The notes: generated by a model not told the origin, from the letters alone. Positions 48,857 to 59,212 are shown, counted from the stretch's first letter. The stretch: DNA of 64,000 bases from Candidatus Aenigmatarchaeota archaeon (GCA_043799675.1 JAZDNN010000024.1:1-64000), one strand, 5' to 3'. Program-made: numbers and translations.

Positions 48857-50482
48857 ATGGCGAGAGTGTTCCTGAGCCCGATATACGGCGACAAGAAAAC
48901 GCAGACGTTCGACTGCCTGACGCCGAATCCGGGTCCGGCAATGCTGGCAGCCTCGCTGCTGAAGGAAGGCCAAACCGTCCGCATCTACGACCCGAACCTT
49001 CCGCGCAACAGCATGAAGGGGCTTGAGACTTGCATAGACGGGTACGACCCCGACCTGCTTGCCCTCAGCGTCTACCAGAACGGCTTCTTCGACACGATAG
49101 ACCTGGCAAAGAGGGTCAAGAAAAAACACCCGGAAATCAAGATAGCCGCCGGCGGACCGCAGATAACCACATGGGACTCCTACGTCTACAACGTGACCGA
49201 TGCGTTCGACGTCCTCGGCATCGGGGAAGGCGAATACACGATAACCGGCCTGGCGGATTGGGCGGACGGCGGTAAGCTGGGCGAAGTTCCCGGAATAATC
49301 TACAAGGAAGGGGGAGAAATCAGAAGGAACCCGCCGAAGGTGTTCACGAACCTTGATGAGCTTCCCTCACCCGCATGGCAGCTGTTCGAGCTGGACAAGT
49401 ACCTGCCGATGTTCCCTCTCGAGCTCGGAAGGAGCTGCCCATGGGCCAAGTGCGCATTCTGCGTGCACGGAAAGCTCTCGGGAAAGAGGAGGGAACGCTC
49501 GCCAAAAATCTCTGTCGACGAAATGGAGAGAGACATAAAGGAATACGGAATGACCAACTTCAGGATAACCGACTCATCGCCCACACATCGCACGCTGGAA
49601 GGCTTTTCGGACGAGATTCTCAACAGAAAACTGAAGGAGAAGTATGACGTCAAGTGGTGCACCCTGGTAAGGGCCAAGGAAACGGATTTCCCTTTATCGA
49701 AGAAGATGCATGCGGCCGGATGCGTTGCCGAATTCATCGGTGCGGAGTCCGGGGACGACCAGATGCTCCGGCGCATGAACAAGGGCGAAACAGCTGACGA
49801 AAATCGCAAGGCAATCATGGCGGCAAAAGATGCCGGGGTGAAGGCGTCTGTCAGCACCATAATCGGCTTCCCGGGGGAGACCGAGGAGAGCATCCAGAAG
49901 ACGGTCAATCTCATTTACGAGACCATGCCGGACTCTGTCATGATATACCCGCTGGGCGTGATGCCCAGCACGCCGCTGTCGGGAAACCCCGAAAAATACG
50001 GAATCAAGCTGCATGAAGACTGGAAAGAAAAGTTCATGAAAACCAGTGTCAAGCTGATAGGCGGAAGGATGAAGGTGCCCCATTATTTCGATTACGCGGA
50101 CGGGAAGCCGAACACTTATTACGGCAAGAAAGTTGGCAAGCTCCTCATGAAGAACGCGAAGGCGCTGGTCCGGAAGGGGGTGCTCATCCAGGTACCGGAG
50201 CACCTGTTCCTGTTCGCGGAAATGCTGGAAAAGGAGAAGGCCGGAAGGCTCATCAACAATCCGGAGGCGGCATACGAATCCAAAATCAAGAATGCCTGGA
50301 CCACCGTGAAAAAGAAGGCCGTGAAAGCGATGGGCAAACCGGATTTCCCGTACGAGATGAAAATGATGAACGGCTTCCACAGCTGGCTGAGGAACGGGTA
50401 TGCCGAGGGCGTTGAAGAGATTGTCGGCATGATGTGGGAAAACAGCAGGGCCCGGGCCGGGGGCAAAGCGAAGGCATTATAA
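48857..50482 (+). CDS. B12-binding radical SAM protein
   Basis: AGGPQIT, GEGE, RSCPWAKCAFC, GAESG, IIGFPGET. Confidence 0.9.
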   Translation: MARVFLSPIYGDKKTQTFDCLTPNPGPAMLAASLLKEGQTVRIYDPNLPRNSMKGLETCIDGYDPDLLALSVYQNGFFDTIDLAKRVKKKHPEIKIAAGGPQITTWDSYVYNVTDAFDVLGIGEGEYTITGLADWADGGKLGEVPGIIYKEGGEIRRNPPKVFTNLDELPSPAWQLFELDKYLPMFPLELGRSCPWAKCAFCVHGKLSGKRRERSPKISVDEMERDIKEYGMTNFRITDSSPTHRTLEGFSDEILNRKLKEKYDVKWCTLVRAKETDFPLSKKMHAAGCVAEFIGAESGDDQMLRRMNKGETADENRKAIMAAKDAGVKASVSTIIGFPGETEESIQKTVNLIYETMPDSVMIYPLGVMPSTPLSGNPEKYGIKLHEDWKEKFMKTSVKLIGGRMKVPHYFDYADGKPNTYYGKKVGKLLMKNAKALVRKGVLIQVPEHLFLFAEMLEKEKAGRLINNPEAAYESKIKNAWTTVKKKAVKAMGKPDFPYEMKMMNGFHSWLRNGYAEGVEEIVGMMWENSRARAGGKAKAL

Positions 50483-50504
50483 GCGGCAGAATGCTTTTTC
50501 TCTG

Positions 50505-52160
50505 ATGTCGTGGCACGAGCTGAAGGCGGAAATTGCGAAGCATCTTGATGTGCCGGAGCAGGAAATAGAAGAGCCCGGCAAGGAAGGTTTCGGGGACTTT
50601 GCGTGGCCGGCATTCTCGAAAGCAAAGGCAGAAAAGAAGAACCCGGTCGAGATTGCAAAGGCACTTGCAGCCAAGCTCAAGGTGAAAGGGATAAAGGAAA
50701 TCAAGGCGGTCGGGCCGTACGTCAACTTCTTTGTCGACTGGGCTGCGCTTGGGAACGACATTCTGAAAGAGGCCGGATCCGGCTACGGAAAAGGGAAGGA
50801 AAAGAAAAGAGCGGTCATAGACCTGAGCAGCCCGAACCCCGCACACCCGTTCCACATGGGGACGGTGAGGAGCACGGTGATAGGCGAGGCGGTAGCAAGG
50901 ACACTTGAAAGCAGGGGATGGAAGGTCGACAGGCTGTGCTATGTCAACGACCTTGGAAAGCAGGCAGCCACTTTGCTTACAGGATACCTGCGCTATGCGA
51001 ACGGGCAGAAACCGGAAGGAAAGCCGGACGTCTGGCTCGGCAAGCTTTACATGAAAATCAACGAGGAGAGCGAACAGATAGAGGACGAGGTGTTCCAGAA
51101 CCTGCACAAGTACGAGCTCGGCGACAAGACGATGAGGGAGCTCGGAAGGAAGGTTTTCGGCTGGTGCCTTGAAGGGTTCGGGCAGAACTGGAAGCTGCTC
51201 GGGGTTAAGTTCGACCACATGTTCTGGGAATCCGACCTGGTCGGGGAGAGCAAACTGATAATCAAGGAGCTCGAGAAGAAGAAACTCACGTTCGAATCGG
51301 AGGGGGCGATGGTGCTGAATCTTGAGCCGCACGGCCTTCCGAACACCATAATCCAGCGGAAGGACGGCTCCGGTCTCTACCTCTCAAGGGACATACCGCA
51401 GGCGATATGGAGATGGAAGAACATGAAGCCCGACCTGAACCTGTACGTGGTCGCGGAGGGGCAGAGCACCCACTTCAACCAGCTGTTCAAGACGCTGGAG
51501 CTGCTCGGCCACGGGGAGCTGGCAAAGAGGAGCAGGCATCTCGCTTACGGGACGGTGCTACTTGAGGGGGAGAAGATGTCCTCAAGGAAGGGCATCACGG
51601 TCCTGTGGGACCAGCTGCTTGAAGAGGGGATAAAGCGGGCCAAAGAGGAGATAATCGGGCGCTGGCCCGACCTGAGCGAGAAGGAAAGGAATGAAAGGGC
51701 GGAACAGATAGCGGTCGGCGCAATCGTATATTACATCCTAAAATATTCACCGGAGAAGACGGTCAACTTCACCTGGAGCGAGGCAATGAGGTTCGAAGGG
51801 GACACCGGACCATACCTGCAATACACCCATGCAAGGGCCAAGAGCATACTCGCAAAGGAGAAGGCAAAATCGTTCGATGCCAAGCACCTCACGGATGAAA
51901 AGGAGAAAAACCTGCTGAGGATGCTTGCCCAGTGGCCTTCCGTGCTGAAAAAATCGGCAGCGGACCTCCAGCCTCATCAGGTCGCCGAATACCTCCACAG
52001 GCTTGCCGATTCATTCAACGAGTTCTACCAGACGGTAAGGGTGATACAGGCGGAAAAGAACGAGCAGAAGCAGGCGAGGCTGAAACTGGTCGAGGCGGTC
52101 TCCGAGGTCCTCAAGACGGCGATGACACTGCTGGCAGTTCCTTCACCTGACAAGATGTGA
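50505..52160 (+). CDS. argS: Arginine--tRNA ligase
   Basis: SSPNPAHPFHMG, KMSSRKG, GDTGPYLQYTHAR. Confidence 0.97.
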   Translation: MSWHELKAEIAKHLDVPEQEIEEPGKEGFGDFAWPAFSKAKAEKKNPVEIAKALAAKLKVKGIKEIKAVGPYVNFFVDWAALGNDILKEAGSGYGKGKEKKRAVIDLSSPNPAHPFHMGTVRSTVIGEAVARTLESRGWKVDRLCYVNDLGKQAATLLTGYLRYANGQKPEGKPDVWLGKLYMKINEESEQIEDEVFQNLHKYELGDKTMRELGRKVFGWCLEGFGQNWKLLGVKFDHMFWESDLVGESKLIIKELEKKKLTFESEGAMVLNLEPHGLPNTIIQRKDGSGLYLSRDIPQAIWRWKNMKPDLNLYVVAEGQSTHFNQLFKTLELLGHGELAKRSRHLAYGTVLLEGEKMSSRKGITVLWDQLLEEGIKRAKEEIIGRWPDLSEKERNERAEQIAVGAIVYYILKYSPEKTVNFTWSEAMRFEGDTGPYLQYTHARAKSILAKEKAKSFDAKHLTDEKEKNLLRMLAQWPSVLKKSAADLQPHQVAEYLHRLADSFNEFYQTVRVIQAEKNEQKQARLKLVEAVSEVLKTAMTLLAVPSPDKM

Positions 52161-52231
52161 GCCCCGAGAGAACCTAGGTTCCCTTAAGGGTTTATTCCTC
52201 CTAAATTGGCTGCGGCCATAATGAGAAAATA

Positions 52232-52618
52232 TTATTTCTTTTTTCCGGCGCGCAATATCCTGTAGACATCCTTGTCGACAAGGCACGGGCATTTGTCGCA
52301 GGTTTCGTTCCTGCACTTGTAGCCGACAATCTTTTCTTCCGATTTCACTATCTTGGGGTCTCTTGAATCCGGGAGCTCGGCCTCAAGGTCTTCAACCTCT
52401 GAAATGGAGTCTTCGTTCTCAGGCCTCCTTTCATACGTGAGCGTCATGGTGATGGACGCTTCGCGCACGGAAAGTATCGGAGAGGTCGTATCTTTAAAGT
52501 ATTTTATCAGGGCCTTCTTGCCCAGATAAGCCGGCAACGCGCTGACAACCTCATTGTCGTCCCTTGAGTCGCCCGTCTTAAAACCGAAAACACACCTGCA
52601 GTCCTCGTATTCAGCCAT
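52232..52618 (-). CDS. Hypothetical protein
   Basis: ORF with terminal Cys motifs. Confidence 0.5.
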   Translation of the reverse strand: MAEYEDCRCVFGFKTGDSRDDNEVVSALPAYLGKKALIKYFKDTTSPILSVREASITMTLTYERRPENEDSISEVEDLEAELPDSRDPKIVKSEEKIVGYKCRNETCDKCPCLVDKDVYRILRAGKKK

Positions 52619-52804
52619 ATTGTTGCCTGAAATCAGTTGCATGGAAAAGGATTTAAACGGGCATCATCCGCTTGCAGAAAACACCGCTTCCGTCGGAAAT
52701 GATTCCTTCCTATTTCCGCTTGTGCTTCGCCTTGAGCTTACCCATGAACGTATTTCCGGCATTCAGCTCATTCGATGCATCATCGAAATCGTTTATCATC
52801 ATGA

Positions 52805-53308
52805 TCACGAGCAGCTCAGCAGGGCCTGCAGCTTCTCGGCCGAGCTGAAAATGTTGTTGAGATTGACGCCCACGATGGGAATCTGGTAGCGCTTGCCGTG
52901 CATCGCCGTTTCCAGCTCCTCGATCAGGACCCCCTTGCCCGGAACGTTCCTTGTGCCGTTGGCGAGCTGATGGACCGCCCAGGTCGGGTTGAACTCGACC
53001 CCTAACACCCCAACTATCTGGTATTTTGATTTCATGTAACTCTCAATCTGCCTGACAATATCGTCGGCGTGCTTCTTGCAGGTGCCCCTGTAGGCCTTGG
53101 TGTCGAGCGCCTCCTTCCCTTTCGACTTGCGGTCAAGGCCGAAGCACTCGAGCTCGGGATCAGGAAGCTGTATTATGCCTATTCCGGATTCCCCCAGCAG
53201 TTCAAGCAGTTCCTTGACGGCACCCGGAGCGCGTTCGCAACCGGCGGCAGCCGCGTTCTGGTTCAGAAGCAAGTGCGAAACAAATATTACTTTTCTGCTC
53301 CTTTCCAT
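52805..53308 (-). CDS. DUF523/TudS-related protein lacking the usual cysteines
   Basis: SHLLLNQNA, QLPDPELECFGL, GKGVLIEEL. Confidence 0.65.
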   Translation of the reverse strand: MERSRKVIFVSHLLLNQNAAAAGCERAPGAVKELLELLGESGIGIIQLPDPELECFGLDRKSKGKEALDTKAYRGTCKKHADDIVRQIESYMKSKYQIVGVLGVEFNPTWAVHQLANGTRNVPGKGVLIEELETAMHGKRYQIPIVGVNLNNIFSSAEKLQALLSCS

Positions 53309-53516
53309 GATCAAACCACTCAATAGGGGGGTCCGTTTTGCAAAACCCCAGAACCGCCCTGACATATACTGTGGCCAACACGTATTTAAAGTTTACTCGG
53401 ATTGTGTAGTGAACAGAACAACCGTTCGGCAATGGTCGAAGCGATACGACGAGCTTTTATCCATTGTGACGGAACAACATAATCCGGATTGAAGCTGCCG
53501 AAAGAAGGAATGAAAA

Positions 53517-54380
53517 ATGCCAAAGGAAACGGATGAAGAACTGCTGGACGACATGACAGCGGCGGAAATAGACTTCATACGCTACAGCGAGATTGTGGAC
53601 TGCCTGAAGGACGTGAACGGACCGAGAGGTCCGCCGCTGAAGAACGCGAACGACATGTACACTTTCTTCATGCGATATGCGCGCGACCATACGGATGATC
53701 CTTACAACAAATTCTCATGGTATCCCGAAAGGGACGGGCCGAACGGATACGTGCGCCGCCTGGATGATTCCATAGAGAAGGCGGAAAAGAGCGTGTTCGA
53801 AATAAGCGGTGACGGGGACTTCGCAAAGAGCGATGAACGGATGGCGATGTACAAACGGAAAATAGCCGGCGAGGTCGTTTCGACGGTAAGGAAGGCGGAA
53901 GACGGCAGGGACGAAACCGTACAGACGGAAAAGAAAGGGATACAGATGCGCTTCATGCTCGATGTCGAGGAGGGCTGGCTTAAATCGCTTGACAACTTCG
54001 AGCGGTTGGTGGAAGCCGGCGCGGAGATAAGAAATTTCATACCCGGCACGCCCTATGGAAAGTCCCATTTCGGCGTAATCGACGATAAAATGTTCTTCAG
54101 CATAACCAGGCAGCAGACGCCGGAATCCACCATATCAAAGACCGTCGGGGAACCGCAGATGGAAAAAAGCATCAAGGAGAGCACCGGCGAGACCATACAG
54201 GAAATGAGATACGCCATGTTCACAACCGAGCATCCTGTCGTCGTGAAGACGGCGAAAGGCGTGCTCAAACGCTGGTGGGCAAACGCCGAAGAGTACGAGC
54301 CTGCCGTGAAAAGACTCGGAGGTTTTCACGAGGAGCATTCGGTAATCAACGGCGCCAACGGCAACGGAAAGCGATATTAA
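53517..54380 (+). CDS. Hypothetical protein, TrmB-sensor/PLD-like fold suspected
   Basis: IQMRFMLD, GAEIR, HFGVIDD; convergent with the TrmB gene. Confidence 0.55.
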   Translation: MPKETDEELLDDMTAAEIDFIRYSEIVDCLKDVNGPRGPPLKNANDMYTFFMRYARDHTDDPYNKFSWYPERDGPNGYVRRLDDSIEKAEKSVFEISGDGDFAKSDERMAMYKRKIAGEVVSTVRKAEDGRDETVQTEKKGIQMRFMLDVEEGWLKSLDNFERLVEAGAEIRNFIPGTPYGKSHFGVIDDKMFFSITRQQTPESTISKTVGEPQMEKSIKESTGETIQEMRYAMFTTEHPVVVKTAKGVLKRWWANAEEYEPAVKRLGGFHEEHSVINGANGNGKRY

Positions 54381-54390
54381 ATTCTGAAAA

Positions 54391-55218
54391 TCATTTCAGC
54401 TGCTTCCAGCAATTCTCGAAATTCTCGCGCAGGGCCGTAACAAGCGGCTGGCTATCGATGGTCATGAACTCGTAGCGGAACTCGGAATCGGTCCCGGGCT
54501 CGCCGGATGAGATTTCGGCCCCCTTCACCAACGGTATCTTGCTTATCACTATCGCCATGCAGCTGTCGGCGACATGCGCGCGGAGGTCGCCTGCATAGCC
54601 CGAGCGGACGGACAGGCCGAGCTGCTTCGCCTTCCGTATGTTCTCGGCTATCTTTTTGTTGCCTGTCGGGTCCTTCAAAATGACACGGACATGGATGCCC
54701 TTGCGGACCATGCTGCGAAGGACATCAGAGGACTCCCATATCCAGGACATGTCACCGGCGAAAATCGCGACGTCCTTCCTTGCGCACTTTTTTATCTCGT
54801 CAAGGAGCTTGCTGACGTTCGCCCTTTTCTGGGTCGACCAGATGTTCGAGCTGTCATCACCGACCACGAGCTCCGGCTCTATGTGCGAAAGGACCTCGGC
54901 GGCATCCTTCACGCGCGCCTTCATGGTCTCGAGCTGGGCGGTCAGATGCTTGTTTCTGGTCTCGGTGTAACGCTCAAGGGCGGTTGCAGCCGGGACGGCC
55001 TTGAACACCTTCGGCCTGGTCTTGCTGACCAGAACAAATCCTTTCCGCTGGAGCTCGGTTATGGTATCATAAACACGCGGAAGCGGGATGTGAGCCATCT
55101 CGCTTATCTTCTCGGCAGTAAGGGTGCCGTAACGCAAAAGAGACACGAACGCCTTCGCCTCGTACTCCGTGAGGCCTATCGACTTGAGCACCGCTTCCGG
55201 CTGTTCCATTTCCCCCAT
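54391..55218 (-). CDS. TrmB family transcriptional regulator
   Basis: IGLTEYEAKAF, IPLPRVYD..L..KGFV. Confidence 0.9.
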   Translation of the reverse strand: MGEMEQPEAVLKSIGLTEYEAKAFVSLLRYGTLTAEKISEMAHIPLPRVYDTITELQRKGFVLVSKTRPKVFKAVPAATALERYTETRNKHLTAQLETMKARVKDAAEVLSHIEPELVVGDDSSNIWSTQKRANVSKLLDEIKKCARKDVAIFAGDMSWIWESSDVLRSMVRKGIHVRVILKDPTGNKKIAENIRKAKQLGLSVRSGYAGDLRAHVADSCMAIVISKIPLVKGAEISSGEPGTDSEFRYEFMTIDSQPLVTALRENFENCWKQLK

Positions 55219-55338
55219 TAACCCACCATCAGTTTAATTCGCTGCGGCGTAATAGCTCCATAAAAGGTTATAAAGCTATTGGACTGGCGCAAGGCATTTC
55301 ACGACCGGTCATTTAAGAGCCGGAAAACAAAGCTGCTC

Positions 55339-55770
55339 ATGCCGAAGTTCAGGTTCATTCCCGAGATAGCGATAGCTGATGTAGCCTTCGAAGCGGAAGG
55401 TAAGGACATCAATGAGCTGTTTGTGAACTGCGCCCTTGCAACCGAGGAATCCATGGTCAACACAAAGAAGGTGAAGCCGAAGGTCAGCAAGACCATAAAG
55501 CTGGAAGCGGATGCGCTGGACAGACTGATGATTGACTGGCTGAACGAGGTGATTTACTACAAGGACGCGGAGGGGCTGCTGTTTTGTGAATTCATCGTCA
55601 AGGTATTGCAAAAGGGAAAGAACTGGACGCTTGAAGCCACGGCAAAGGGCGAAAAGAGGGACCCGAAGAAGCACGAGCTCAGGGCGGATGTGAAGGCGGC
55701 GACTTGGCACCTTTTTGAACTGAAGCAGGAAAAGGGCAAGTGGAAAGCGAGGATTGTAGAGGATATCTGA
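55339..55770 (+). CDS. Archease (RtcB activator)
   Basis: ADVAFEAEG, DWLNE, DVKAATWH, C-terminal DI. Confidence 0.92.
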   Translation: MPKFRFIPEIAIADVAFEAEGKDINELFVNCALATEESMVNTKKVKPKVSKTIKLEADALDRLMIDWLNEVIYYKDAEGLLFCEFIVKVLQKGKNWTLEATAKGEKRDPKKHELRADVKAATWHLFELKQEKGKWKARIVEDI

Positions 55771-55779
55771 TTACAACGC

Positions 55780-56613
55780 TTAGCTGCGTATTCCGCGGAT
55801 TGTCCCTGTCGTGAACACATTGTTGCCCTGGTCGACGTAATCTATCCGCACCGACACGCTGTACGGGTCCCCTGCGTTGCCGTTATTTCCCCGGCCGACA
55901 TACCATGCGCTGTAATCGGGTTCCAGAGTTGGCGCGTTGATGTTGCTCAATAACGTTCCGTTCAGGGATACCAAGGCAATAGTTATAGCGTAATTGAAAT
56001 GGGAATTCAGCAGGAGCATCCTGAAAGTGCCGTTATGCGAGTAATCTGCATCGATCACGTCTATGCTGCCGAAATCGGATATCATCTTCGGCGTGCATGC
56101 CTGCGATTCCTGCGGTTTTGTATTATTCAGACCGCACGAAGCGGCATCAACACACGTACGCGTCTGCATCGCATTGGCGCCGCAAACCGACCACGCGCTG
56201 CACTGCCATACCGGGGCGCACGTGCATGCATCGCTTTCGGATGGCTTGCCTACGGTCGTCCCGCAGTGGTTCGAATCGCTGCACGTCCTTGTCTGGGTTC
56301 CCCCGACGCACAGGGACCACGCACCGCAATACCAGTTCGGCGTACAATGGGTCACCTGCGCACAGCCGTTGGTTTCCTCCGGCCTGCCCGTGTTCGTACC
56401 GCAGGAGTTCTCATCAACGCACGTCCTGGTCTGGACTCCGGAGACCGAGCATGCGCTCCATGCGCCGCACTGCCAGTCCGGCGTGCATACAGCTGGTGTC
56501 GGTTCGGGTTCAATCGGCCTTACAATAAACTGCATGACGAATACCAACGCAAGCGCGATGAGCATCAGGGACAATATCAGGATGACGGCGTTTTTGCTTC
56601 CGAATTTCAGCAC
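55780..56613 (-). CDS. Membrane-anchored protein with three thrombospondin-like CxPxWxCxxWxxC...QTRTC repeats
   Basis: N-terminal TM plus three Cys/Trp repeats. Confidence 0.8.
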   Translation of the reverse strand: MLKFGSKNAVILILSLMLIALALVFVMQFIVRPIEPEPTPAVCTPDWQCGAWSACSVSGVQTRTCVDENSCGTNTGRPEETNGCAQVTHCTPNWYCGAWSLCVGGTQTRTCSDSNHCGTTVGKPSESDACTCAPVWQCSAWSVCGANAMQTRTCVDAASCGLNNTKPQESQACTPKMISDFGSIDVIDADYSHNGTFRMLLLNSHFNYAITIALVSLNGTLLSNINAPTLEPDYSAWYVGRGNNGNAGDPYSVSVRIDYVDQGNNVFTTGTIRGIRS

Positions 56614-56677
56614 AACTGAAATGGTGATTATCGCTTAATAAAGAAAAATTTCGGCTTTGCTATCTGATTGCAGGCGC

Positions 56678-57544
56678 TTAGCTGCGCTCTCCGGAAACCG
56701 TTCCGGTAACTGAAAACCCGTTACTGCCGCTATCCAAGTATGTCATCGTTACAGCGAGGGTATATGGATCTCCAACGTGGCCATTCACTCCCATGGTATT
56801 TGTGCCTGTCAGCCATACCCTTTCCAGAGGGAATAAGTTCATGGGCACGTTCATGGATGGTATTTGTAAACCGTTGACGCTTACAGACGTAATGCTGATG
56901 GTATCGCCAACCCTGTCCTCCACCCACAATTTTAACGTACCATTTGCAGCGTAATCGACATCCAGCACACCTATGTTCGTGAAGCCGCTGATTGTCTTGG
57001 GAGTGCAGGTCTGTGATTCCTGCGGTTTGCTTGTCGTTGTCCCGCAAGAATTCGTGTCAATGCATGTTCGCATCCGCGTTCCGCCGGCACCGCACGCGGA
57101 CCATGCATCGCATTGCCAGTTAGGAGTACATGTACATGGTTGTGTTTCCAAAGGCCTGTCGCTAAACAGATTGCATCTGTTTGCATCCGTGCATACCCTG
57201 CTCTGATTTCCCGAATTACTGCAATTGGTCCATGCACTGCACTGCCAGTCAGGCACGCAGGGTGGCGTGCAGAACTGGGTTTCAACAGGCTTGTTATAAT
57301 TCACGCTGCAGGAATTCGCATCTATGCATGTCCTTGTCTGCGTTCCTGAAGCGGAGCATGCATTCCACGCCCCGCACTGCCAATCAGGCGTGCATACTGG
57401 GGGCATCAGAGGCCCACTTGGCTTAATCAGGGATTGCACAATATACAACGATGCAAGCGCAACGATTATTACAGCCAGAACCAAGATAATGACGTTTTTC
57501 TTTTCGGATTTAGGCACACCTATTTTCTTTTCTGACTTAGGCAC
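56678..57544 (-). CDS. Tandem paralog of 55780-56613 with three TSP-like repeats
   Basis: Same architecture; upstream region also duplicated (CGCTTAATAAAGA...TGGCTTTGC-like). Confidence 0.8.
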   Translation of the reverse strand: MPKSEKKIGVPKSEKKNVIILVLAVIIVALASLYIVQSLIKPSGPLMPPVCTPDWQCGAWNACSASGTQTRTCIDANSCSVNYNKPVETQFCTPPCVPDWQCSAWTNCSNSGNQSRVCTDANRCNLFSDRPLETQPCTCTPNWQCDAWSACGAGGTRMRTCIDTNSCGTTTSKPQESQTCTPKTISGFTNIGVLDVDYAANGTLKLWVEDRVGDTISITSVSVNGLQIPSMNVPMNLFPLERVWLTGTNTMGVNGHVGDPYTLAVTMTYLDSGSNGFSVTGTVSGERS

Positions 57545-57627
57545 ACCAAAAATGACTATTACCGCTTAATAAAGATGAATTTTGGCTTTGCTGCTTGATT
57601 TATTAGCGGCGCAAACGATTAGCTGGC

Positions 57628-59212
57628 ATGGAGCAGGAACCTGAAAAGCAGACAGGCAGTCTGCCGAAGGAAATCAAGAAAATCAGCGAGGTCGTCTGGG
57701 AACTGCCCACCAGCTACAAGAAAGGCATGCGCGTGCCGGCAAGAATATATGCGACCAAGAAGCTGCTCGATGCGATGGACGCGGGAGTGTTCGAGCAGGT
57801 CACCAACGTCGCGACCCTGCCGGGAATCGTCAAGCATGCGTTCTGTATGCCGGATGGGCACTGGGGTATGGGTCAAGTCGCGGCTTGATTCACTCAAATA
57901 TGGGTTCCCAATCGGCGGCGTGGCTGCATTCGACCCGAAGGTCGGCGTGATCAGCCCGGGCGGCATCGGGTTCGACATCAACTGCGGCATGAGGTTCGTC
58001 ACTACCAACCTTACTGTCAAGGACGTCAAACCCAAGCTGAAAGAACTGGTGGATATCCTGTTCAGGACGGTTCCCGCGGGCGTGGGCGGGGAAGGGTTTG
58101 TAAAATTAAGCCGCAGCCAATTCGACGAAATAATGGTCCAAGGGGCCAATTGGGTCATCGAGCACGGCTACGGTTGGAAAGAGGACACGGAAAGAATAGA
58201 GGAGTACGGCTGCATCAAAGGTGCTGATCCGTCAAAGGTCAGCGACAAGGCAAGGACCAGAGGCATCACGCAGATGGGGACGCTCGGCTCAGGGAACCAT
58301 TACCTGGAAATCCAGACTGCCGAGAAAATTTTCCTTCCCGAAGTCGCAGAGGCATTCGGCGTGAACGAACAGGGGCAGATAGGGGTGATGGTGCACTGCG
58401 GCTCGAGGGGGTTCGGCCACCAAATCGGAACGGATTATCTCAGGATATTCGACATGGCAATGAAGAAGTACAACATCACGGTGCCTGACAGGGAGCTTGC
58501 CTGTGCGCCTTTTGCGAGCCAGGAAGGACAGGATTATTATCACGCGATGGCCTGCGCGGCAAACATGGCTTTTGCCAACAGGCAGGTGATTTTGCACAGG
58601 ATACGCGAGGCTTTTGCAAAGGTGTTCAGGAAATCCCCCGAAGACATGGAAATGCACCTGGTGTACGATGTCGCGCACAACGTGGCCAAGGTGGAGAAAC
58701 ACCTGGTCGACGGTCATGAAAAGGAACTGGTGATGCACCGGAAGGGGAGCACGCGCTGCTTCGGTCCGGGTAGGCCGGAGATTCCTGAAGCTTACCGCAA
58801 GGTCGGCCAGCCGGTGATTGTGGGCGGCAGCATGGAAACGGGCAGCTTTTTGTGCGTGGGCACGGACAAGGCTCTGACAGAAACATGGGGAAGCACCATG
58901 CACGGCGCGGGCAGAACCATGAGCAGGACTTCAGCGAGGAACCAGGGCTCGGGCTTGGCGTTGCAGAAGAAGATGGCCAAGGAAGGGATACTGGTGGAAG
59001 CCACGAGCATGAGCGGGCTTGCAGAGGAAGCGGGCTTTGCCTACAAGGACCTGAACGAAGTGGTCGAGACCATGGAAATCGCGGGCGTGAGCAGGAAGGT
59101 CGTTCTGCTGAGGCCTTTGGGTAATATTAAAGGCACCGCCCGGGCCTCATACAGCCTTTTAGCTTTCCCCATACTTGTCATGGTCTTGGCCTTGATTTCG
59201 TCCCTTATCTGA
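57628..59212 (+). CDS. rtcB: RtcB tRNA-splicing ligase, join(57628..57867,57899..59212), interrupted by a putative 31-nt BHB intron
   Basis: MPDGHWG|YGFPIGG after joining; GFDINCG, GTLGSGNHYLE, HCGSRG, HRKG, HGAGR. Confidence 0.9.
57868..57898 (+). other. Putative BHB mRNA intron in rtcB
   Basis: Central helix TGGG/CTCA, bulges GT^A and AA^T, 10-bp intron hairpin; removal restores the frame. Confidence 0.8.

Noticed and set aside
55780..57544. Cys-rich repeats as a CRISPR array or a second TR/VR pair
   Set aside because: They are in-frame protein repeats with differences at all bases, not adenine-specific, and there is no repeat-spacer periodicity. No CRISPR array or cas gene was seen in the window.
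59131..59150. Possible mini-BHB (AGGC/GCCT) at the rtcB end that would shorten the C-terminal extension
   Set aside because: There is no intron stem or outer helix and splicing would not restore a stop directly after IKG; too weak to call.
57628..59212. rtcB as a frameshifted pseudogene or a sequencing error
   Set aside because: The disruption is a structured 31-nt insert whose BHB-rule excision restores the motif exactly, and the other catalytic motifs are intact.
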